From: Cirrosporium novae-zelandiae
Taxonomy: Eukaryota
Direction of reading: 5' to 3'
NCBI GenBank assembly: GCA_026023565.1
Contig: JAPETS010000043.1
Coordinates: 186,001-233,303 of the forward strand
DNA: 47,303 nucleotides
Both the position numbers and the translations under genes were made by a program. Shown here one piece after another: positions 37,736-47,303 of this stretch. The notes below the pieces were generated by a model that saw only the letters and a list, made by a program, of their open reading frames with translations, made no database searches and was not told the DNA's origin. How positions within the stretch are numbered: position 1 is the first letter of the stretch; every line of letters starts with the position of its first letter.

Positions 37736-39871
37736 ATGCCCGCCCCGCCTGGTATTTTCTCTGCAACCTACAGCAATGTGAGCCCAACCATCCTTCCCTT
37801 GCGATTGATCATGGCGAGGCAATGATCCTGACGTTACTTTATTAACCGTCAACCAGGTCCCTGTCTATGAGTTTAGCGCAGAGGGGTGCCACGTCATGAG
37901 AAGACGAGCCGACAATTGGATCAATGCCACTCATATACTCAAGGTTGCGAAATATGACAAACCAGCTCGCACAAGGATCCTCGAAAGAGAGGTCCAAAAG
38001 GCCGGTGTGCATGAGAAAGTTCAAGGCGGTTATGGAAAGTATCAAGGTAAACTTATATCATTCCTTACATGCGACTCCTCTGATCACCACAAGGTACCTG
38101 GATTCCCCTAAAGGATGGGCGTGTACTGGCAGAGAAGAACAACGTCCTCGAAAAACTACGACCAATCTTCGATTTCTCCCCTGGCGATACAAGTCCCCCT
38201 CCAGCACCTAAACACACCACCGCAGCATCAAACAAGGCCCGAGCAGCGAAAGCAGCAGCAGCAGCAGCATTTGTCCCAAGATCGCAAAGTAAGGCTCATG
38301 TCGCCAGCCAGCCTCGCCAAAAGCGACTAACGCATGCTTCAGTGCACACTCAATTCCAAGTAAGCGAAGAGCAGTACGAAAATCCTGCTTCCCAGATTCG
38401 CGAAAGTACTGAAAACTCCACCATTGCCTCTCGATCATCCGTGGACGAAGAGTACTTTCAGTCCCAAGAAAGCACCCGCAAGCGCAAGCGCGAGGAAGAA
38501 TATGATGCTTTCACCACGCAGCAGATTGAGAATGAGCTTTACGGAAACGAGCAGCTGGATTACTACGTGTCGCTTGGCAGACCTCGGGGGGAGCAAATCC
38601 CAAACCCTCCTAAAATGCCCAATGGCTATGATTTTACCCTCAAGGTTGATTCCTCTGGCCGTACCCTTCTTCACTGGGCAACCGCCATGGGTGATGCTGC
38701 AACGATTAAAAAGTTTCTTGATCTCAAGGCAAATTCATGGATGACGGATGATGAGGGTCTGACTCCGCTCATGTTTTCAACACAGTTTACCAATTGCGCT
38801 GAGAAGAAAACGTTTCCTCGGGTTATGAAGCTGCTTCAAGAGACAATACAATTCCGCGATCCATTTGATTCAACCATCTTCCATCACATTGCGGCGTCTA
38901 GTATTTCTCGGGTGAAAAAGAAGTCGGCGTACTATTACTGCCAGAGTATCATCAATAAGCTCATGGAGACAATGGATAGCACCCAGGTCGCCCAATTTCT
39001 GAATATCCAAAACAGTAGTGGCGACACCGCATTGCATATTGCAGTGAGAAGCGAAGCTTCGGATCTAATTCGACTTCTCCAAGGAAGCTACGCCGCTTCA
39101 GATCTTCCCAACAACGAAGGAGAAACTGCCGATACTATGATCCGCAGATGGAGGGCCGATGCAATGAAGCAGTTTCCTTTCCCTTCCTCTCTTCCAGACC
39201 TCACTGCATCTTTCCAGGAGCAAACTCACAAGTCGGAAGCAGCAAAGGTTCTGTCTGATTCAGTAATCCAGTATATCCTAAGCAATGCCGAGAATGTAGG
39301 TAAGGGATACGATGCCAAAATCGTGGAAAAGGAAGAAGATCTTGTAGAAGCCAATCGTATTTTGGCACAGACAGTGGAAGAATTTACCAAAGCCCAGAAA
39401 GATTATGCTACTCTTATGAATATCCTAGACGGCGACTTTCCGACAGCTTCTCAGCAGGCGGAGTGCAGCAAGTTGATAGTTGAGAATGAGGCATTACTTG
39501 AGCAGTCCCAGGAAATCGAGCTTCAGCATCGTATTTCTGAGGAAGAAGCTAAAACCCCTATAGCTGCCGAGCAAAAGTCGAAATCCCCCGAAGAGTACAC
39601 CAAAGAACGGGCCTACCTTGCTATCGATTTGGCCTATGCACAATGTCATAGAAGTGATCTTGTACGTGGTGCAATCCAGAAGGAAAGCTTGGCCGGAGAT
39701 GGGACGAAGGTGAAGGCGTACCATGATATGATCATGGGTGCTCTCCAAATGCCCGCAGTTGATTCGTTTGATGATTTCATGCCTGAGCTTGTCGACTCGA
39801 TTGTGGTTGATGAGAAGAGCGATGAAGTGGAGCCCCATACCCCCCCAGCTCAGCTCTTTCCTTCGGTTTGA
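37736..39871 (+). CDS. MBP1: APSES (KilA-N) plus ankyrin-repeat G1/S transcription factor, Mbp1/Res1/Res2-like
   Basis: Exons 37736-37777, 37857-38046, 38094-38288, 38343-39871. [68 protein letters not shown]; ankyrin repeats [22 protein letters not shown]; coiled-coil-like C-terminus. Confidence 0.92.
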
Positions 39872-40508
39872 GCATGATATACTGGCAATATATTGGCAAT
39901 CTGCCTTTAGCTTTCCAAGGCGATAATTCATATGGCGTTTGTTCTAAAATATTTTATTTGGCTTCGGAGGAACCGTTGGCCTTGAGATACCCCGGCGTAT
40001 GGAAGGTCATAGCAAATGATGGCATGAATGACGGTTTATGATAATTTCCACCCATCAAGGATAATTCTGTTTCGGAGACGTCGTTTTCTATGTATTCGAC
40101 GTGTTTAGTTTCAATTCTGTACTCGCCTGGATTTTAATGCTGTACTAATTACAACATGTGGGTATCTAGGTTGTTACAAAATGTTTACTATTATCAAAAT
40201 GGTCATATTGAAATAGTAGATGAAATAGTAGATGCATGATTAAGTGGTCCACGTAAAACATTGAGCGTAGTTGAGAAGATATGTAGCTCCTCCGATCAAG
40301 GTGTTCTGGCGTGTCTGGATAGTTGTTCGGAAGATTGATTTTCCCGCGCAACTCCAGGCTTCGTTCACCAAGGAACCTCAGTAGCTGGCGTCTACATTAG
40401 GATTTCAACGTGAGAGATCATTTGTTTAATGAGCCTGTCATAGGCTGTGCAGGATTGATTTATTACCTTTACTTTAGACCTTCTTCCATAATTTCTCCAG
40501 CTAAAAAA

Positions 40509-41967
40509 ATGGCTCAACCACCTATCGGTACTCCACCCTCTGCCTTTTTCCTACTGCTTGCTAACTATGTGACAAATAGTCCTCGATGGAGGGACAGGTT
40601 TCCTCAAAGTTGGCTATGCCGGCCAAGTATGATTGATTACTCTCTTGGGCCCCAAAGTTTGCTTATGCTGGATACAGAACTTCCCCGAACACCAGTATCC
40701 TTCAATAGTCGGTCGACCAATTCTACGATCCGAGGAACGAGATGGAGATATTGTGGTCAAGGATATCATGTGTGGCGACGAGGCAGCAGCAGCCAGATCA
40801 ATGCTTCAGATTACCTATCCCGTATGCTCTACCATGCTGGAACCGACCGCCTGCTAATGCTATGGTCAGATGGAAAATGGTATTATCAAGAAGTGGGATG
40901 ACATGCAGCATCTGTGGGACTTTACCTTTTTCGAGAAAATGAAGATTGATCCTTCCGGGCGGAAAATCCTATTGACAGAACCCCCAATGAACCCTCTTCG
41001 AAACCGAGAACTGATGTGCGAGGTCATGTTTGAGCGGTACGACTTTGGTGGTGTTTACGTGGCTATACAAGCGGTGCTGGCTTTGTATGCCCAGGGGTTG
41101 AGCAGCGGTGTTGTTGTCGACTCGGGTGACGGTGTCACCCATATCGTCCCGGTATACGAATCCACCGTCCTTAATCACCTTACCCGCCGTCTCGACGTGG
41201 CAGGTCGCGACGTCACCCGTAATCTCATTGCCCTTCTTCTCCGCCGAGGCTATGCCCTAAACCGTACCGCCGACTTCGAGACCGTCCGCCAGATTAAAGA
41301 AAAGCTCTGCTATGTTTCCTACGACCTCGAACTGGATCAAAAATTAAGTGAAGATACTACGGTGCTGGTGGAATCATACACTCTACCCGATGGACGAGTA
41401 ATCAAGGTTGGAAGCGAACGATTCGAGGCCCCAGAGTGTCTATTCCAACCTCACCTTGTTGATGTCGAGCAACCTGGAATCGCCGAGTTCCTCTTCAACA
41501 CCATCCAAGCCGCTGATGTGGACGTGAGGAGTAGTTTGTACAAGGCGATTGTGCTGAGTGGTGGGAGCAGCATGTATCCAGGACTACCGAGCAGGCTGGA
41601 AAAGGAGCTGAAGCAACTGTGGCTGACCAAAGTCCTTCAAGGGGACCCAGAGCGTCTCAACGTACGTTTTCTATATTGCCGTTTCGTAAAAACATGCTAA
41701 TCCAAGTTTAGAAATTCAAAGTACGAATCGAAGATCCCCCACGCAGACGGCATATGGTATTCCTTGGAGGAGCAGTGCTTGCAAATATCGTATGTTTGTC
41801 CCTTTAGTTCCCTCCCTTCTCTTTTCCTTATTGCCTAAAATAAAATAATCACATATACTAACCGAATAACTTACTACCAGATGGCTGAACGAGAAAACAT
41901 GTGGGTTTCAAAGCAGGAGTGGCAGGAACAAGGAACCAGAGTTCTGGAGAAGTTGGGACCTCGATGA
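40509..41967 (+). CDS. ARP2: Actin-related protein 2 (Arp2/3 complex)
   Basis: Exons 40509-40527, 40580-40626, 40678-40821, 40870-41661, 41712-41789, 41881-41967. [69 protein letters not shown]. Confidence 0.97.
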
Positions 41968-42592
41968 TACTGATGACTGTTAGAGCGTTTATGATGACTA
42001 AATATCAGACCTATGTACCATGTAAAGAGAAATCAAGTCCATTCGTCTGCCTTTGTCCTGCCATTTATTTTGATCCAACCTTATAAAAAAAATTCTATAT
42101 AAAAGAGGGAGTTTGGATTAGAAGTATGATTTAGATGATAGGAAATAAGTCAATTGAGAACTGAAAGTCCTTGTTTCATGATAAATAAGGATCTCAGGAC
42201 TATAATGAACCAAAATTCCATATATTTTCATTCGCCAAACAACTACCAATATAAAAAATCATCAACACACAAACCCTCCTCCTCGGATCCCCTCAATCAA
42301 AATTTCCCTTAAACCTCCGCCGGTTAAGCAAACAAAGCAAACGACCCCTCCCCCGCCCTTCCTCCGCAAAAGTTATAAAATATACTTCCATTTGTGACCA
42401 CTACGGCCTACGACAAGTAACTATAACTCACCTCCTCTTTTTCCTTGTCCTTTCCTCTTTACAAGAAATGCTCAACTCCAAGGCCTCCTCACTCACCCAC
42501 CCGTTCGTTTACTTATATAACTCATCCACCCACGATCACCAACAACTTGACAACCAGACAACCAGACAACTAAAACAACACCAACCCTAACC

Positions 42593-43573
42593 ATGTCGAC
42601 CTCAGACACCTCCACCGCACCTCAAAACCAATCCCGACCCCAAAATCAAAAACCAAGTCAAAAACCCCTCCTAATAGTAAACCCCAACTCAACAACCGAA
42701 ATGACAACCGCCCTCCACCCAACCGTAACCCACGCACTCTCAAACAGCACAGTACATCCCCCCTCCCCACCCCTCCATTTCCCTCTCCCCCTAACCCACC
42801 TCCCTAACCCAACTAACCCTCCCTCCCTCTAGCTCCCACCCCCAACCTACCTAACCGGTCCCCTTGGTTCCTCCCCCCCCTCAATAAACTCCCCCCACGA
42901 CGCCCTCCTTTCCACAACCGCAACCTTACCTCTAATCCTCCCCCTCCTAAATTCCCACTCCGGAGTCCTAATCGCATGTTATAGTCCACATCCGCTCGTG
43001 CAGGCTGTGGGTTCTGTGGCGAAGATTCCGGTGTTGGGGATACTGGAGGCGAGTTTGGGGGCTTGTTTGCTTGTTTTGGGGAGGAGTGGGAATGGTGGTG
43101 GTGAGGGGGATGGGGGTAAGGAGGAGGGAAAGGGGAAGGAAAGAAAAAAGAAAATGTTCGGTATCGTAACCACGGGATCGATATGGGAATCCGTCCTCTC
43201 AAATTTTGTTCATTCGTTCCTTGGCTCCTCCCCTTCCCCCCCAAACCCATCAACAATCTTCGCAGGAACAACAAGCACCGGTCTCTCAGCAACAGAACTC
43301 CACACCACACCTCCCGAAATCGTGCATCAGAAATTAAAGGAAGCGACTACAAAGCTTGTAGGTATGGCGAGGGAGAGGGGCGGGGAGTTGGGTGCTGTTT
43401 GTTTGGGGTGTGCGGGGATGGTGGGGATGGAGGGGGCGGTTAGGGAGGGGCTTGTGGAGGGTATGGGGGGGAAAGGGGTGGGCGGGGAAGAGGGGGACGG
43501 GGGAATGGGGGTGGTTATTGTGGATGGGGTTAGGGCGGGGGTGGGCGGGTTGGGGTTGTTGGGAGGGTTGTAG
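42593..43573 (+). CDS. DCG1: Asp/Glu/hydantoin racemase family protein, DCG1-like
   Basis: Exons 42593-42751 and 42833-43573. LIVNPNSTTEMT, SPPSIN, LIACYSPHPLV, GILEAS, FGIVTTG..WE, TGLSATELH, VCLGCAGM, VDGV; both cysteines typical of the racemase active site are present. Confidence 0.85.
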
Positions 43574-43679
43574 AGGATGTTTTTTAAGGGGGTAGTTTGG
43601 ATTGTATTTTGTATTCAAGAAATAGAATGGTAACAGTGACAGTGATTGGTAGATAATATCTAAGATATTCCTCCTTTTC

Positions 43680-44990
43680 CTTTTCCTTCTCCCTTTTTCC
43701 ATTCTTTTTTCCCTATTCTTCTTTTTTTTTTTTTTCTATCTAATTACCTATCTATCCAACCACCACTTAGCTGCCCCATCTACCCCAACCAAAATAGCGA
43801 TCCTACTTACTTCCTAAACCAAACCAAACCAAAACGACCCAAGTACTGAAAATTTGAAAGGGGGGTCCGGGGGAGGAATAGGGAAAAGGGAAAAGGGAAA
43901 GGTGAGGTCCCAAAATTCAAAGGAAATAAGAATAACCAAGTAAGTAACCAAGCAACCGAATGTAGAAGTTTTGGAAAATAAACTAGCACTTTTATTTACC
44001 TTACTGTTTTAACGAAGCCAACAAAATAAAAATAAAAAAAGGAGGGATGTAGGACGTGGGATACGGAATACTATATAGATTTTAGATAGATATCGGCGGT
44101 TACTTTCTGCTATTTAGGTGGGAAGGAGAGGGATGTATGAGATATGTTAGGGGTATATTGAGGGGAAATGATAGGTCCCATAATGTGGGGGGAATTATGA
44201 AAGTAGAAAAAAAAAAAAGGGGAAAGTTGATAGAGTCTAATCGAAGTCGAAGTCAAAGGGATTATATATACACGCATATTACTTCTTTTCAAAAAAAAAA
44301 AAAAAAAAGAAATCGTTTTGTTTTCTAATTTGTCCGTTTTGGTTGATTTCTTTCTTTCTTTCTTCTTACTGTAGGGGAAGGAGGGAATAAGAATAAGTGT
44401 CCTAGGAAGTGGTGGTGGGAAGGAAAGAAGTGAAGGGAAGAGGGGGGTATTAGTTTCTTATACTTATGCTTCCACAATTTGATTTTTTTTATAGCCATCA
44501 AGTTACCCATCTATCTGTATCCGTTCCGTATCCGATTTATATCTAGTATATTCAACAACAACAACAACAACAACAGCCAAAATAATTAATAATTAATTGA
44601 AAATCTGAAAGTTCAAAGTTTAAAGTCATATTTATAAGGTAAAGGAGAGAGAGAGAGAGAGAAGGGAAGGGAAGGAAAGGAAAGGGGGTATTAGGTTAGG
44701 TTAGGTTTCATATTGCTTTGTGAATATAGCTTTTTTTATCATGCTCATATTTATTATACTCATGCCTGTGTTCATACCGTTTGGACCTATATTCAATATT
44801 AAATAATTAACTGAAAAGAAAAAAAAATTAAATTACCTCCAAAAGTAAAGAAAAGAAAGGAAAGGGGGTATTGACTTTTTATAAGGCTTTAATGGCCCTA
44901 GTCTCATATGCATACCTATACGCACTATACACATCCATCTCTATACACATTCCTTCCTCCCTCACTCTACCCTATCCCACCCCACTTAGG
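43680..44990. repeat. Low-complexity AT-rich and purine/pyrimidine-rich spacer between the convergent DCG1 and AKR genes
   Basis: Poly-A/poly-T runs, (CAA)n 44553-44575, (GA)n near 44645-44662, 18-bp direct repeat GAAAGGAAAGGGGGTATT at 44675 and 44855. Confidence 0.75.
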
Positions 44991-44992
44991 TC

Positions 44993-46134
44993 TTAAGTCT
45001 TAGGTCCAAAAAGTGCCCCCAACGTATCATACTCGTACTTCAAATCCAAATGCCAATAATCCGGCGCCGTAGCCTTCGTCACCATCCACGCCTCATCCAG
45101 CGTCTTCACCACCTCCTCCGGCAACGGGCCCTTTTCCAAATCCCTTAGATTCGATTCCAGCTGCTCGAAGCTGCTTACACCCACTATGATCCCATCCTGT
45201 CCATGTCCCTGTCTACCTTGAACATCTAATTTCGAATGATGCACCATCCACCTGAGTCCGATTTCCAGTAATGTGAGGTTGTGTTTTTTGGCGGATTCTT
45301 CGATCAGGTGTAGGGCTTCGAAGGTGGCGTCCTTGAAATAGCGTTTGCGGTACATGGGGCCCAGGCTGTTGGTGGTGCTGTAGCGGCCGGTGGTGGGTTC
45401 GTGGGAGGCGGATTTTAGTTTTCCGGAGAATAGACCGCCGGCTAGGGGGTTGTAGGCCACAAATTCTAGACCGTAGCGCTTGCAGGCGGGGAGGAGTTCG
45501 GCTTCGACGTTGCGGGCTGGGAAGGGGGGGAGGGGTTAATGGGATAGAAGTGATGGAGTGGTAGAGGTGATGGAGGTGGGGATGTGACAGGAGACTTACT
45601 GATTGCATTGTACATGCCCTGATAAATCGTCGGCCGTACCCAGCCCCTCTCCTTGCACGTAATAACAATCTCGGCCACCTCAAATGCCGTAAAGTTGCTG
45701 AGACCTAGTCTCACAAATTTCCCCTCCTTATGCAGCTTATTACACTCCTCCAATGTCTCATCGAACGGGACAGACCGGTCCGCAGCATGCAGGTAAAAAA
45801 TATCCACACAATCTGTTTTTAGCTCTGAGAGGGACTTCTCCAGCCATTCTCTGAGGATTGCGGGCTTGTGGTTACCGGGGACCTTGGGGTAAGCTTTCGT
45901 AGCAACGGTGAGGCCACGTTCTTTCCAGCGGGCTTGTGCCGTAAAGGCTTCTTGCTTGCCATCAACGTAGATTCTAGCCGTGTCGATTTCGTTGTAGCCT
46001 TTTTGTTGGAGGTAGTCTAGACATTTGTTGTATTCATCCAGAGAGGTTATTCTCGCGCCGGCGGATTCGTCTGGGCCAAAGGTCATTAGACCGAGGATTA
46101 CTCGGGGGTTCGGGTTCTGGGTGACGAGAGGCAT
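44993..46134 (-). CDS. Aldo-keto reductase, AKR7 / aflatoxin B1 aldehyde reductase-like
   Basis: Exons 46134-45600 and 45516-44993. ILGLMTFG, EIDTARIY (catalytic Asp/Tyr), VATKAYP (Lys), DIFYLHAADRSVP (His), LGLSNF, PTIYQGMYNAITRNVE, AYNPLAGG, IGLRWMVHHS, IVGVSSFEQLE. Confidence 0.92.
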
Positions 46135-47303
46135 TGTTGCTGTGTGGTGTTGGGGTTCTAGGGGTTGGTTAGGTGGGTGAGGTGAGTGGTGGTTGAGTTT
46201 GGGGAGGGGAGGGGTTAGGTGATTGCTATCGATTGGGTTTATAAATTGTGGGGATTGACGGTTTGGGAATCGTCATTATTGATAGAGGGCTTGGTTACAT
46301 CAACATCAGAATATTCTTTTTTTATCATTCATGTGTAGATGAGAGGACATTCTGAGAGTAGAGGATGAGATGGAATTAATTATCTTATATCTATCTCTTA
46401 TGCTAGAATTAGAAGTTGTGTACTTGACATTGAATGACTTGACCGTTGGAAATACCTGTCATCTTTTCTAGGATGTGATATCGGAAATAAAATACCCATA
46501 GAAGCTGTTTTGGTTGGTCTATCATTCTGTTTCCTGTCCATGACCAGCCTACGTAAATGTCGGCATGGCTTTTGACTATGGCGCAATTCCCGCCTCCATC
46601 GACAGTGGGGTGGATTTAATTTCAGGTTAACCAACATGTTTCCTTTTGTATGAATGAAACGGTCATCTGATCCAACAACAGGTTGAATAATGATCTTCCC
46701 GTATGGATATGACTAGTCTGTTGACCTATAGCCTATGGGTCCGTAGGTGCCCAAGCCAAATAGTTATAAATGAAAAGAAAATGTAATGAAAACGATACCA
46801 ATGTAGAAACTGGTTTGGTGGGCCTTAATTCAAGTTGACTCTGGTCCAGGGGGTCATATTGGGTAGAGTAGCCGAAATGTTGTGGTGGATGGTTACGTAG
46901 TGGGCGGCGTGGAACATGGATATAAATCATCCAAATCATCCCCATAACTCGTCAATATTATCCGTGGATTTGGGAATGACCAAATTAAAAAGTCTTTTGT
47001 TGTGTAAGACTTGATTTAAACTCATGTTAAATATTTATTACACAAATCCATACGCACTTGATCCTGTGTAAGTATGTGTATTTATATACATGTGTATACA
47101 CAGTAAGCAAGTACCGGTGTATTATTACCTGACTGGCTAAACTAATCGATAAGGATTGACTGAATTTAAAAAAAAAGGTTGGATCTCACCCTCTCACCCC
47201 TGTTTTTTGTCCCTGTTCCTTGGCCCCAAGTTTCGTTACGGAGAAAAGCTGGGTCCCATCTGTCCTCAAATGGGAAATTCCATCAGAAATATCATCATTG
47301 ACC

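Noticed and set aside
44691..44707. (TTAGG)3, and (TTGGAG)4 at 17471, as telomere-like repeats
   Set aside because: Too short, not the TTAGGG array typical of filamentous ascomycetes, and embedded among many other simple repeats.
34277..46134. GSH1, DCG1-like racemase and AKR7-like reductase as a detoxification or metabolic cluster
   Set aside because: They are interspersed with unrelated housekeeping genes (NDUFB7, MBP1, ARP2); no backbone enzyme, transporter or shared motif.
46135..47303. Short ORFs at the right end (46398-46637, 46733-46945)
   Set aside because: No motifs or coherent exon structure; most likely AKR upstream/intergenic DNA.

Overview
Eukaryotic, intron-rich DNA from a filamentous ascomycete (Pezizomycotina-type 47-135 nt introns with CTRAC-like branch points); the species cannot be determined from the sequence. 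I rebuilt ten spliced protein-coding genes by hand: a HAD-family phosphatase (DFDGT motif), phosphatidylserine decarboxylase PSD2, kinetochore Mis13/DSN1, the GATA developmental regulator NsdD/SUB-1, glutamate-cysteine ligase GSH1, complex I subunit NDUFB7/B18 (minus strand, absent from the ORF track), APSES/ankyrin factor Mbp1, ARP2, a DCG1-like Asp/Glu/hydantoin racemase and an AKR7-like aldo-keto reductase (minus strand). The probable 5' end of an eleventh gene runs off the left edge. About 16.4 kb with no recognisable gene lies upstream of nsdD. It holds a dense microsatellite/purine-pyrimidine block (about 14.3-21 kb), a higher-complexity stretch with probable decayed coding sequence (about 22.2-26.3 kb) and several candidate regulatory motifs. 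I found no supportable tRNA, rRNA, CRISPR array or intact transposon. The most unusual signals are frequent AAG 3' splice sites (6 of 38 inferred coding-region introns) with weak donors, possible isoform switches in nsdD, an MCB box plus inverted repeat upstream of MBP1, and sharp C-rich/G-rich strand switches inside genes next to low-complexity DNA. None of these proves a new system; they are testable leads.
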